From positions 110,982,001-111,046,000 of the forward strand of contig CM059431.1 in assembly GCA_030390025.1 (NCBI GenBank): a stretch of 64,000 nucleotides of DNA, given 5' to 3'. The stretch comes from Squalus acanthias. Lineage: Eukaryota. The notes under the pieces are model-generated. The model searched no databases, was not told where the DNA came from, and saw only the letters and a program-made list of their open reading frames with translations. Of the stretch, positions 49,460 to 63,000 are shown piece by piece (within the stretch, counting starts at the first letter, position 1; every line of letters starts with the position of its first letter). Both the position numbers and the translations under genes were made by a program.

Positions 49460-50726
49460 TGTAGGCTTCACAAAATCCCCCAGAAACTCGAACAGAGCCC
49501 TAAAAGGGAGTGATTTTTGGACCTTTCATACAAACTTGGGAGGATGGGACCTAAGTGAAGTGATTTGATGTAAAAACCCCAGTTTTTGACATTTTAAAGA
49601 TCAGGGAAGAAAAACCCTGAGGAAAATGACTTTTGAATCTTACTGTTGGGAGAGACACCTTTCACAGATACAAGACAGGCTGCGGAGGGGCGTGGCCAGG
49701 CAGTGGACAGCTTTGGGTATTGGGGCCCAATCAAGCTGTCTGGGAATTGTTTGCACTGCAATCCTACCAAGGAGGAAGAGACAAACCCAAAGCCTCACAC
49801 ACACATCGAAATATGAATAATCCAAGACCCCCTTTTGAAATTCCCAGGCCCAAACAGGATACCAGAAGCCTGAAATCAATAAAACATTTAGTACTTCATC
49901 AAAAGCCAATCAACCAGGTATCCACAGGACAGATTTAAAAGCCCGCCAAAAGCCCTAGGACAATAGGGTTGAGATTTGGCGTGTAAATAAGGCTGTGTTT
50001 AAATCGGAAAACGATCAGGACATGTTTAACACTGAGCTAAAGCTATCGGAACTGGCAAGCCCGCCAAAACTAGACAATGGACTAAGCAAGGTTCATTTGC
50101 AACCTAAAGGAATCCGTTTTAGTAAGGGGTTTTTGGGCGCGAAAAAAGGATAGTATAATTGAAAGCCTGTCCCAAAAACTTTTTCTCTTTTTTGGACTCG
50201 CTGACAACGCCGGTACAGCTCTCCCCCTGCTCAAGCAAAACCACTACAAGCCACGACGAGGAAGGCCAGCAAACAGACCAACACACAAGAAGAAACCAGA
50301 GCGACTGCCTCAGTGACCATCGGACACCTCGCAGCAACAAGGGCCTTACAAAATCTTTCAATCAAAAGACTCTAAAATCCTGTCAAGGATTCGTTGGTGA
50401 GCATTATCCCTGATCTCCTGAAACCAAAAACCTAGCTAGATAGTGGGATCTTTGGGAGGGATAAGGTTTTTCTTTGGTATATTGTCAGTCTCCCTCGCCT
50501 GTACCGTGTGCTCCCCAATCTGTGTTTAAGTATTAAGTGTGTTTTAAGTTTGTTACCTTTTTCTTTTCATAAAGTAAAATTTATTTCATCAGAACCTGTT
50601 GTCTACTGCAATTTTGTTCACAACCCATAAATAAGTCCAAAGTCTAGGAACCAGAGGAGTGTGGGAGCGATTCGAACCGCTCACTGAGTCAGAAAGTGAA
50701 GGCTGACCCCATTACCACCCCCTACA
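49460..50726 (+). mobile_element. Solo LTR, 1267 bp, inserted in the satellite
   Basis: TGTAGG...CCTACA termini and 5-bp TSD CACCT (49455-49459 / 50727-50731). Shares short motifs with 47376-49030 in the same orientation. Confidence 0.88.
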
Positions 50727-51493
50727 CACCTGTCAGTCAACAATTCACCTGTCAGTCACCAGGACACCTGACAATCACCAATAAACCTGTCAGTCACAAG
50801 GACACCTGTCAGTCACCAATACACCTGTCAGTCACCAATACACCTGTCAATCACCAGGACACCTGTCAGTCACCAATGCATCTGTCAATCACCAGTACAC
50901 CTGTCAGTCACCAGTACACCTTTCAGTCACCAATTCACCTGTCAGTCACCAGTACATCTGTTAGTCACCAGGACAACTGTCAGTCACAAGTACACCTGTC
51001 AGTCACCAATACCCCTGTCAGTTAGCAACATACCTGTCAGTCACCTGTCCACCTGTCAGTCATCAGGACACCTGTCAGTCATCATTATGGCTGCAATTAC
51101 CAGGGCACCTGTCAGTCACCAATGCACCTGTCAGTCACAAATGCACCTGTCAGTCACCAGTACAACTGTCAGTCACCAGTATCCCTATCAATCACCAATT
51201 CATCTGTCAGTCACCAGGACAGCTGTCAGTCACCAAAACACCTGCCAATCACCAGTACATCTGTCAATCAACAGTACACCTGTCAGTCACCATGACACCA
51301 ACAGTCACCGATTCACCTGTCAGTCACCAGTAGACCTGTCAGTCATCAGGACACCTGTCAGTCATGAGTACCCCTGTCAATCACGAATGCACCTGTCAAT
51401 CACTAGTACACCTGTCAGTTATCAGGACACCTGTCAGTCACCAGTGCACCAGTCGCTCACCTATACCCCTGTCAGTCACCAGTACACCTTTCA
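50727..51493 (+). repeat. 19-bp satellite
   Basis: Same unit as 38345-47375. Confidence 0.97.
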
Positions 51494-54400
51494 TAGAAAC
51501 ATAGAAGATAGGAGCAGGAGTAGGCCATTCGGCCCCTCGAGCCTGCTCCGCCATTCGATGAGATCATGGCTGATCATCCAAACTCAGTACCCTGTACCTG
51601 CCTTCTCCCCATATCCCTTGATAGCTTTAGCTTTAAGAAATATCTCTAACTCATTCTTGAATATATTTAATGACTTGGCCTCAACTACCTTCTGTGGTAG
51701 AGAATTCCACAGGTTCACCACTCTCTGGGTGAAGAAATTCCTCCTCATTTCTGTCCTAAATGGCTTACCCCCTATCCTTAGATTATGACCCCTGGTTCTG
51801 GACTCTCTGACCATCGGGAACATTCTTCCTGCATCTAGTTTGTCCAGACCTGTCAGAATTTTATGTTTCGATGAGATCCCCTCTCATTCTTCTATACTCC
51901 AGCGAGTATAAGCCCAATCGACCCAATCTCTCCTCATATGTCATTCCTGCCATCCCAGGTATCAGTCTTGTGAATCTTCGCTGAACTCCCTCCATGGCAA
52001 GAACATCCTTCCTCAGATAAGGCGACCAAAACTGCACACAATACTCAAGGTGTGGTCTCACCAAGGCCCTGTACAACTGCAGCAGGACATCCCTGTTCCT
52101 ATACTCAAACCCTTTCGCTATGAAGGCCAACATACCATTTGCCTTCTTCACCGCCTGCTGCACCTGCATGCTTACCTTCAGCGACTGGTGCACAAGGACA
52201 CCCAGGTCTCGTTGCACTTCCCCTTCTCCCAATCTATTGCCATTCAGATAATAGTCTGCCTTTCTGTTTTTGACACCAAAGTGGATAACCTCGCATTTAT
52301 CCACGTTATATTGCATCTGCCACGCTTCTGCCCACTCACCCAACCTGTCCAAATCATCCTGGAGTTTCTCAGTATCCTCCTCGCAGCACACACTCCCACC
52401 CAGCTTTGTGTCATCTGCAAACTTGGAGATATTACATTTAGTTCCCTTATCTAGATCATTAATGTATATTGTGAATAGCTGGGGTCCAAGGACCGATCCC
52501 TGCGGTACCCCACTAGTCACTGCTTGCCACTCGGAAAAAGATCCATTAATTCCTACTCTTTGCTTTCTGTCCGCCAACCAGTTCTCTATCCAAGTCAATA
52601 CCTTGCCCCCAATCCCATGTGCCTTAAATTTACACGCTAATCTCTTGTGCGGGACCTTATCGAAAGCCTTTTGAAAGTCCAAATACACTACATCTACTGG
52701 TTCTCCCTTATCTATTTTCCCAGTTACATCCTCAAAAAATTCCAGTAGATTAGTCAAGCACGATTTACCTTTTGTAAATCCATGTTGACTTTGTCCGATC
52801 CTGTCACTGTTTTTCAAGTGCTCAGCTATTACATCCTTTATAATGGACTCTAGCATTTTCCCCACTACCGATGTCAGGCTTACCGGTCTGTAATTCCCCG
52901 CTTTCTCTCTACCACCCTTTTTGAATAGTGGGGCAACATTAGCTACCCTCCAATCCATGGGTACAGTTCCAGATTCCATCAAATGTTGGAAGATGATCAG
53001 CAATGCATCTACTATTTCTAGGGCCACTTCCTTAAGTACCCTAGGATGTAGATTATCAGGCCCTGGGGATTTATCGGCCTTCAATCCCGTCAATTTCCCT
53101 AACACCATTTCCCTACAAATACTGATTTCATTCAGTTCCTCCCTCTCATTAGACCCTATGTTCCCCGACATCTCTGGGAGGTTATTTGTGTCCTCCTTTG
53201 TGAAGACAGAACCAAAGTATGTATTTAATTGGTCAGCCATTTCTTTGTTCCCCATTATAACTTCCCCCGCTTCTGACTGCAAGGGACCTACACTTGATTT
53301 CACCAATCTTTTTCTCTTCACATATCTATAAAAGCTCTTACAGTCAGTTTTTATGTTCCCTGCAAGCTTACTTTCATATTCTATTTCCCCCCTCTTAATT
53401 AATCCTTTTGTCCACCTTTGCTGAATCCTAAACTGCTCCCAATCCTCAGGTTTGCTGCTTTTCCTGGCCAATTTATATGTCCTCTCCTTGGATCTTATGC
53501 TAGCCCTAAATTCCCTTGTTAGCCACGGTTGAGTCACCCTTTTTGTTTTATTCTTATGCCACACTGGGATGAACAAATTTTGTAGTTCATCCATGCAGTC
53601 TTTAAATGTTTGCCATTGCCTATCCACCGTCAACCCTTTGAGTGACATTCCCCAATCAATCCTACCCAATTCGCACCTCATACCATCGTAGTTTCCTTTA
53701 TTTAAATTCAGGACCCTAGTCTCTGATTCAACTACTTCACTCTCCATCCTAATGAAGAATTCTATCATATTATGATCACTCTGACCCAAGGGGCCTCGTA
53801 CAACAAGATTGCTAATTAATCCTTTCTCGTTACATAATACCCAGTCTAAGATGGCCTGATCTCTGGTTGGTTCCTCGACATATTGTTCCAGAAAACCATC
53901 CCGTAAACATTCTAGGAATTCCTCCTCTACAGTATTTTTACTAATTTGGTTAGCCCAATTTATATGTAAATTAAAGTCACCCATGATGACTGCTGTGCCC
54001 TTACTGCATGCTTCTCTAATTTCCCTTTTAATGCCATCCCCAACCTCCGTATTACCGTTTGGAGGTCTATATACCACTCCCACTAACGTTTTCTGCCCCT
54101 TGTTATTTCTCAGTTCTACCCATACAGATTCCGCATCATCAGAGCTAATATCCTTCCTTTCAATTGTGTTAATCCCCTCTTTAACCAGCAATGCTACCCC
54201 ACCTCCCTTTCTTTTTTGCCTATCTTTCCTGAATATTGAATACCCCTGGATGTTGAGTTCCCAGCCTTGGCCACCCTGGAGCCATGTTTCTGTAATCCCA
54301 ATCAAATCGTATTCATTTACCTCTATTTGCGCAGCTAATTCATCCACCTTGTTCCGAATGCTCCTTGCATTAAGACACAAAGGGGTAAAAATTCACTTGG

Positions 54401-54904
54401 TTGCGCCTCCCGTTAGCGCCTTAAGAGGGCGCTAATGGGGCGTTAAGCCGCTAACGCCCGGGCGCAGCGCTGTTTGCGCCGCTCGAGAACTTAACTTGAG
54501 ATTGTGCGGCAGCGCTAAAACTTACCGCTGCGACCACCTGCGCGCGCAGATTGTGACGTCATTCCATGGTGCAACGCCCTTGGGGCGCCCCGGAGCGGAA
54601 ATTGAGTGGCGCCCCCTGCCTTACCGCCTGGCGCTTCCAACGACCGGAAGACTGGAACGTTATCAATCGGTGTGGGGCTGGGGGGGGGCGCTATTTAAAG
54701 GGGGCCTCTTCCTGTTTTTTTCTGTGGTCGACATTTATGCACCACTCGTTCTGAGAGAGAGAGAGAGAGATTCGGAGAGAGAGAGAGAGAGAGAGAGAGA
54801 CTTCTACATTGACTCAACGCTTTGTGAGGTAGTTTTGCCTAGTTCATCCTAACTTTGTTGCTACTTTAGTTGCTGTACCTCATTACTTTTCTGGCAAAGA
54901 GAAT

Positions 54905-56052
54905 ATGGGGGCTGCAATGATTGGGGGCGTCGTCCTGCTCCAGCTGAATCGGAGGATACTGAGACGCAGACAGAGAGTGGCAATGATGGCCAGACGGAGG
55001 AGGGCCATCAGGCGCATGTACAGGAGAGCTTACCCTCCCAGGGTATATCGTGAACAGCTCTCCTACATCCATATGTCCGAGGAGCTGTGTTTGCGAAGGC
55101 TGCGATTCAGCAAGGAGGTGGTCACTGAGCTCTGCCACCTGCTGCAGCCAGATCTGCAGCCTCAGCTGAGGTCCAGGACGTCTCTGTCGGTGGCAGTGAA
55201 GGTCACAGTGGCTTTGAACTTCTACGCCACTGGCTCATTCCAAGCTGCTGTTGGGGACCTCGCCAATATCTCCCAGTTTGCGGTGCATCGCTGCATCCGG
55301 CAGGTCACCAATGCCCTCTTCAGAAGGAGACGAGACTTCATCTCTTTCCCTATGACCCCAGACAAGCAGCGTGACCGTGCTCTGGGCTTTGCGAGGGTAG
55401 CGGGCTTCCCCATGGTGCAGGGCGCCATTGACTGCACGCATGTGGCTTTGCGTGCTCCGCGAGAGAATGCAGAGGAATTCAGGAACAGAAAGGGGTTCCA
55501 TTCCTTGAATGTGCAGTTGGTCTGTGACCACAGACAGGTGATACTCGCTGTCAATGCCCACTATCCGGGCAGCTGCCACGATGCTTTCATCCTGCGCCAA
55601 ACTACTGTGGCAGAAGTTTTCGAGGCACCGCATCAGCCAGTTGGTTGGCTTCTGGGGGACAAGGGGTACGCATTGAGCACCTGGCTGATGACACCGCTCC
55701 GTACGCTGAGCTGCGGTACAATGAAAGCCATCAAGCAACCAGGAACATTATTGAGCGCACAATCGGCGTGCTGAAACAACGGTTCCGCTGTCTGGACCAT
55801 TCCGGAGGAGCCCTGCAGTACTCGCCTGAGCAAGTTTCGAACTTCGTAGTCGTGTGCTGCATGTTGCACAACATGGCAATCCTCAGGACCCAGCCAATGC
55901 CACCAGGCCTTGTAGCACCACCAGAGGAGGAGGAGGAAGAGGAGGAAGAGGACGAGGACGATGATCATCAGCAGCACCAAGGCAGGAGGGCGGCCCACAA
56001 TGGTCAAACTGCAAGGGCCGTCCGTCAACGACTAATAGCAAGCCGCTTCTAG
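54905..56052 (+). pseudogene. Harbinger transposase, frameshifted
   Basis: A 13-bp deletion (ccaaacacccctg) at ~55705 relative to copy 1 separates the catalytic Glu segment from the rest. Confidence 0.92.
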
Positions 56053-56346
56053 GGCCCCTGCCATTGCTACAAACACTAATCAACCCAGCACGCAACCCCT
56101 AAGCCGGCCAAGGCACCAATAATTCCAACCACCAGCCATGTATATTTTGAATACAGAAACTTATTTATTTTACAAACTCTGTGTGTGTCAATTCCTCATG
56201 ACAAACTCATAGAAATAAACACAAAAAAACAGTCAATAACATAACTGGTTCTCACAACCTGGAGATAATGTCCAAAACACTAAACAAAAGTTGGACCATG
56301 AACCTCGGCCTTTAATAAAAAAATGACCAGCATTTTGGCACACCTC

Positions 56347-58169
56347 CTACTTTTTGCCCTTCGAGGGTGATCTCCTTCCCTTGCGCACTTCCCCCCTTCC
56401 AACCCTACTGCTCCTCCGTAATGGGACCTCAGTGGCTGCAGCAAGGCTGGTGGAAGGCTGCTGCTCGTCAGACCCTGACACTGCAGATGCCCCTGAAGGA
56501 CGGCCTCGACCACTTCTGGGCCTGGAGGGCCCGGCTGCAGACTGCACCAACTCTGCATGGGCGGCAGCAGTCTGTCCTACAGGCGGTGGCAAGTGCAGTG
56601 GAGAAGTGACAGTGTTGGCAGCAGGAATGCTGTCATCGTGAGAGAGGACAGCAACTCCCTGCTCGCCCGACACACTGGCACTCCCACGGGGCAGCACTTC
56701 AGCATCCGGAGCAATTTGCCGGAGAACAGATTGCTGGCCTGCTGCGGCGCGGTGACAGCCCCGGGGACATGTGCACGAACCATCGAGGATGGCAGCAGTC
56801 AGTGCTCGCGTGGCCTCAATCTGAGTCTGCATGAGAGCAGTCTCAGATGGGTTCCTGGCAGCCAGTGACTGAATTGCAGCACTAAGCTTTAGTGTGGCAT
56901 CCGCCTGTGCTACAGCGAAGTGCTCCACACTCCTTGCCAGTGATTCAATGCATTCGGGCACCCTTCCCACTGCACCCATGAGCTCAGTGTGCATGCCCAC
57001 CGCCTGGCTGTTCATTTCTGCAATCAGCCGCTCCTCCTCTGCGTCCATTGCAGTAGGAGTGTCTGGCATACTCTCCCTCTGGGGAGAAGGCCCCCGTTCT
57101 TCCCTACCCCCCCCATGGCGTTGCTGCAGCCCGCTGGGTCCTGGAGCTTCACCATCATCAGCCCCTTCCCCCCTGCTCCCCTCCGGGGAAGGCGTGTTCC
57201 CAGTGTGGGCATGGGCTTCCTCGGGAGAGGGTGGCACTGATGCTCCGGCTTCCTCTTCCTCCTCAGCTGCAGCATCACTCCCAGTGGCAGCTTCAGGGCC
57301 CGTCTCCTCAGCTGGTGAATCACCATCTGAAAGCAGGGAGGTACAAGAGTGGCTTTAGCGTGAGGACAGGGTGGCAGTAAGGGAGGAATAAGTGCAGCGA
57401 GTTAGCAAGTTGGATTGAAAGTGTCAAAGGCTGGTATTGTGAGGGACAAGTGGAAGGACTGAGGACAAAAAGGTGATGACCTTACCATTGCTGTCCACAA
57501 CGGGGTCGGCATCTCCAGTGGCGACGGGACCGATCACCCGGCTTGCCACAATCCTGTGGACGCGCTCCTCCAGATCGCTGAGGGGTTGCAGCTGAAGCCG
57601 CCCTCCACCCGTCCGTTGCTGCTGTCTCCGATTATGAGCCAGCTTAGCCTGCAAGAAAAAGGACAGCATCTGAGTAAATATACAGCCATGGTCTTGCCTG
57701 ATGTGCCTCCCATAGGTGAATAGCCCTTACTGTATGCAGCCATGGTCTTGCCTGATGTGCCTCCCATAGGTGAATAGCCCTTACTGTATGCAAAGTGTAG
57801 AATGTGTGTGTGTGTTTGATGAAAGGGCCATAGGTGTTGGATGAGTGTTGTGCATTGGGGTTTTAAGACCCTCTGGCCATAGAGTGAGTTTGAGATGGAG
57901 GGATGGAGAGGTATTGAGAAAAAGCCACTCACCCTGACGACCCGAGTGAGGTCGTTGAACTTTTTGCGGCATTGAACATGGGTCCTGGGCACCATGCTCC
58001 TGGAGGAGACGCTCTGAGCCACCTCCCTCCACACTCTTCTGAACTCGCGTGGCAAAGGCCTCCTGCCACTCTCCGGGAACAGCATGCATCGTCTGCGCTC
58101 CACTGCGTCAACCAGAGCATCCAAGGCCCGCTCGGTGAAGCGATGAGCGCGTTCTCTCACCCTCTCCAT
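56347..58169 (-). CDS. Harbinger Myb/SANT DNA-binding protein, 3 exons (58169-57933, 57648-57486, 57326-56347), 459 aa predicted
   Basis: AGG|GTGAGT, TTGCAG|GCT, ATG|GTAAGG and TTTCAG|AT junctions give 237+163+980 = 1380 nt with no internal stop. RFTERALDALV..W..RTHVQCRKKFNDL Myb motif and a basic C-terminus. Confidence 0.85.
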
Positions 58170-58713
58170 GCTTGGCAGCAAAATGGATTACAGGTCTCTC
58201 CAGGCTGAGATTCAAGGCTGCAATGAGCAGGGTGTGGCTGGGGAGCAAGTGGCCCCCCCCGCTTTAAGAAGTGGCCGGCGCCAGTGTGTCTGTGTTCCCT
58301 CGCTAACTGGCAGCAGCTGCGCTGCGCTCGTGCGCTGAGTTAGCGCCTCACTCCTTGGCCTTTGCGCCTTAAGAGAGGTGTGCAGCGCCTAATTTAGCGC
58401 TCCACTCACCTCCCGGGGCGGTAAAAGTGAAGTTTCCTGTCAGTGCCGATAATTAGCGCCAGGCGCTAATATTTGCGTCCGGACGATATTTGCGCCCCAA
58501 ATGGGGCGCGACCTAATTTCTACCCCAAAGCCTTCAGGCTTGTTTTTTTAACGCTCTCAGACCTATATGAATTATTATTTACTGTGACCATGTTTGATTT
58601 AAACCGTTGAGTTCTTTGCCTTCTACTTTTGTTTTTCTCCTTCCTGTCTTTTGCTTTTATCCTTGTTTCCCTTTCCTCTGTCTCCCTGCTCAGGTTCCCA
58701 ACCCCCTGCCACT

Positions 58714-59664
58714 TTAGTTTAAACCCTCCCCAACAGCACTAGCAAACACTCCCCCTAGGACATCGGTCCCGGCCCTGCCCAGGTGCAGACCGTTCCATTT
58801 GTACTGGTCCCACCTCCCCCAGAACTGGTTCCAATGTCCAAGGAATTTGAATCCCTCCCCCTTGCACCATTCCTCCAGCCACGTATTCATTTGAAATATC
58901 CTCCTATTTCTACTCTGACTAGCACGTGGCACTGGTAGCAATCCTGAGATTACTACCTTTGAGGTCCTATTTTTTAATTTACCTCCTAACTCCCTATATT
59001 CTGCTTTTAGGACCTCATCCCATTTTTTACCTATATCGTTGATGCCTATGTGCACCACAACAACTGGCTGTTTGCCCTCCCCCTCCAGAATGTTCTGTAG
59101 CCGCTCTGAGACGTCCTTGACCCTTGCACCAGGGAGGCAACACACCATCCTGGAGTCTCGTTGGCGGCCGCAGAAACGCCTATCTATTCCCCTTACAATT
59201 GAATCCCTTATCACTATAGCTCTTCCACACTTTTTCCTCCCAGCCTGTACAGCAGAGCCACCCATGGTGCCAGGAAGTTGGCTGCTGCTGCCTTCCCCTG
59301 ATAAGTCATCCCCCCCAACAGCATCCAAAGTGGTATATCTGTTTGAGAGGGGGATGGCCACAGGGGACCCCTGCACTACCTGCCTGCACCTCTTACTCTG
59401 CCTGGTGGTCACCCATTCACTTCCTGCCTGTACACCCTTTACCTACGGTATGACCAGCTCTCTAAACGTGCTATCCACGACGTCCTCAGCGTCGCGAATG
59501 CTCCAATATGCATCCATCCGCAGCTCCAGCGCCACAATGCGGTCCATCAGTAGCTGCAGCTGGATACACTTCCCACACACATGGTCGTCAGGGACACAGG
59601 AAGCGTCCGTGATTTCCCACATATAGCAGGAGGAGCATATCACAGGGCGGAGCTCTCCTGCCAT
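58714..59664 (-). pseudogene. CR1 ORF1 (zinc finger + SGNH esterase), single in-frame TAG at 59445-59443
   Basis: ORFs 59443-59664 and 58714-59412 are in the same frame; total 951 nt, the same length as 248-1198. Confidence 0.92.
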
Positions 59665-60000
59665 GACTTACCCTTTAATTAACTAATTAAAATTAAATTA
59701 AATGAATCCCACCAATTTCACTTCAATTAAATGATATACTCAAGGGCCCTTGTTTAACAGCAGTCCCCACTACACCACAGAGACTCTAAAAACTATAAAC
59801 CACAGAATTTAAGTATGGAAAAAGGAGAAAGAGAGAAATACTCACCAACCAATCACTTACCTGCTTTCTGGTGACGTCACACTTCGATTACTTTTTACTT
59901 CTGTCTCCCGCTCTGAGATTGGTAAACCTACCTGCTCCCAGGGCTCGTTTTTATCCTCTGCCGCCGTCGCCGCTCCTCCTAGGTCTGCACCGCCGCTGCT

Positions 60001-63000
60001 GTCACCAATACAGCTGTCAGTCACCAATTGACCAGTCAGTCACCAGTACACCTGTCAGTGACCAGTTCACTTTTCAATCACCAGGACACCTGTCAGTTAT
60101 AAATACACCTGTCTGTCACCAGGTCATCTGTCAGTCATCAGTACACCTTTCAGTCAACAATTCTCCTGTCAGTCACCAGGGCACCTGTCAGTCACCAGTA
60201 CACCTGTCAGTCATCAGGACACCTGTCAGTCACCAATTCACCTGCTAGTCACCAGGGCACCTGTCAGTCACCAATACAGCTGTCAGTCACCAGTAAAAGT
60301 TTCAGTCACCTATTCACCTGTCAGTCACCTATTCACCTGTCAGTCACCAGGACACCTGTCAGTCACCAGTACACCTGTCAGTCATCAGGACACCTGTCAG
60401 TCACCAGTACACCTGTCAGTCACCTATACCAATGTCAGACACCAGTACACCTGACAGTCACCGATAACCCTGTCAGTCACCAGTACACCTGTCAGTCACC
60501 AATTCACCTGCTAGTCACCAGGGCACCTGTCAGTCACCAATACAGCTGTCATTCACCAGTACAACTTTCAGTCACCAATACAATTGTCAGTCACCAGGAC
60601 ACATGTCAGTCACCAATACACCTTTCAGTCACCAATACACCTGTCAGTCAACGATTCACCTGTCAGTCACCAGGACACCTGTCAGTCAAAATTCAACTGT
60701 CAGACACCAATTCACCTGTCAGTCACCAGTGCACCTGTCACTCACCTATACCCCTGTCAGTCACCAGTACACAATTCAGTCACCAATATACCTGTCAGTC
60801 ACCAGTACACCTCTGAGTTATCAGGACAACTGTCTCTCACCAGTGAACCTGCCAGTCACCAATATTCCCATCAGTCACCAGTACACCTGTCAGTCATAAA
60901 TACACCGGTCAGTCACCAGGACACCTGTCAGTCACCAGGACACCTGTCTGTCAACAGTAGACCTGTCAGTCACCAGTACCCCTGTCAGTCACCAGTACAC
61001 CTGTCGATCACCAATACACCGGTCAGTCAACAATTCACCTGTCAGTCACCAATACACCTGTCAGTCACCAGTACACCTGTCGATCACCAATACACCAGTC
61101 AGTCAACAATTCACCTGTCAGTCACCAATACACCTGTCAGTCACCAATACACCTGTCAGTCATCAATTCACTTGTCAGTCACCAGTACACCTGTCAGTCA
61201 ACAGTACACCTGTCAGTCACCAGTACACCTGTCAGTCAACAGTACACCTGTCAGTCATCAGTACACCTGTCAGTCACCAGGACACTTGTCAGTCACTGGT
61301 ACGCCTGTCAGTCTTCAATTCATCTGTCAGTCACCAGGACACCTGTCAGTCATAAATACTCCTGTCAGTCACCAGGATACCTGTCTTTCACCAGTACACC
61401 TGTCAGTCATCAATAAACCTGTCAGTAACCAGGACACCTGTCATTCATCAATACACCTATCAATCAGAGGACACCTGTCAGTCACCAATGCACTTGTCAG
61501 TCACAAATGCACCTGTCAGTCACCAGTCCACCTGTCAGTTACCATTACACCTTTCAGTCACCAATTTACCTGTCAGTCACCAGTCCACCTGTCAGTCATC
61601 AGGACACCTGCCAGTCATCATTACAGCTGCAATAACCAGGACACCTGTCACTCACCAATGCACCTGTCAGTCACAACTGCACCTGTCAGTGACCCGTACA
61701 CCTGTCATTCACCAATACACCTATCAAGCAGAGGACACCTGTCAGTCACCAATGCACCTGTCAGTCACATATGCACCTGTCAGTCAGAAATGCACGTATC
61801 AGTCACCAATTCACCTGTCAGTCACCAGTACACCTGTCAGTCATCAGGACAACTGTCACTCAGCATCTTACCTGTCAGTCACCAGTCCACCTGTCAGTCA
61901 CCAGTACACCTGTCAGTCACCAGTCCACCTGTCAGTCATCAGGACACCTGTCAGTCATCATTACAGCTGCAATAACCAGGACACCTGTCAGTCAGCAATG
62001 CACCTGTCAGTTACAAATGCACCAACAGTCACCAGTACACTTGTCAGTCACCAGTGCAACTACCAGTCACCAATTCACCTGTAAGTCAACAGGACGCCTG
62101 TCAGTCACCAATACACCTGCCAATCACCAGTACATCTGTCACTCAACAGTATACCTGTCAGTCACCATGACACCTGTCAATCAACAGTACACCTGTAAGT
62201 CACCAGGACACCTGTCAGTCACCAGTACACCTGTCAGTCATCAATTCACCTGTCAGTCATCAATTCACCTGTCAGTCATCAATTCACCTGTCAGTCACCA
62301 GGACACCTGTCAGTCACCAGGACACCTGTCAGTCATAATTACACCTGTCAGTTACCAGGACACCTGTCATTCACCAATACACCTGTCAAACAGAGGACAC
62401 CTGTCAGTCACCAATGCACCTGTCAGTCACATATGCACCTGTCAGTCACCAGTACACCTGTCAGTCACCATTACACCTTTCAGTCACCAATTCACCTGTC
62501 AGTCACCAGTACACCTGTCAGTTATCAGGACAACTGTCAGTCACAAGTACACCTGTCCGTCACCAATACCCCTGTCACTCAACAACTTACCTCTCAGTCA
62601 ACAGTCCACCTGCCAGTCATCAGGACACCTGTCACTCATCATTACAGCTGCAATAACCAGGACACCTGTCAGTCACCAATACACCTGCCAATCACCAGTA
62701 CATCTGTTAATCAACAGTACAACGATCAGTCACCATGACACCTGTCAATCAACAGTACACCTGTAAGTCACCAGGACACCTGTCAGTCACCGATTCACCT
62801 GACCATCACCAGTAGACCTGTCATTCATCAGGACACCTGTCAGTCACCAGTACCCCTGTTAGTCACCAGAACACCTGTCAATCACGAGTACACTATTCAC
62901 TTATCAGGACACCTGTCTGTCACCAGTGCACCTGTCGCTCACCTTTACCCGTTTCAGTCACCAGTACACCTTTCAGTCACCAATACACCTGTCAGTCACC

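Larger units (their letters stand above)
54382..58526 (+). mobile_element. PIF/Harbinger DNA transposon copy 2, full length (4145 bp)
   Basis: TIR GGGGTA(A/G)AAATT at both ends, 3-bp TSD AAA (54379-54381 / 58527-58529), convergent transposase and Myb genes. Confidence 0.95.
51584..58717 (-). pseudogene. CR1 ORF2 (APE + RT): 58717-58527 + 54378-51584
   Basis: 839-aa uninterrupted stretch (51861-54380) with CLNARS, TETW, GDFN, SDHN, FADD. Broken by the Harbinger at SLKA|LCLN and by a frameshift at ~51862. Confidence 0.93.
51494..60000 (-). mobile_element. Full-length CR1 LINE inserted in the satellite, interrupted by Harbinger copy 2
   Basis: GC-rich 5' UTR (60000-59665), ORF1, ORF2 and tail at 51494. 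The satellite rejoins as cacctttca|gtcacc with no TSD. Confidence 0.95.

Noticed and set aside
47438..50413. Short ORFs (60-110 aa) in the two solo LTRs as viral accessory genes
   Set aside because: Their lengths are compatible with chance, most use non-ATG starts, and I recognise no similarity; not excluded without a family alignment.
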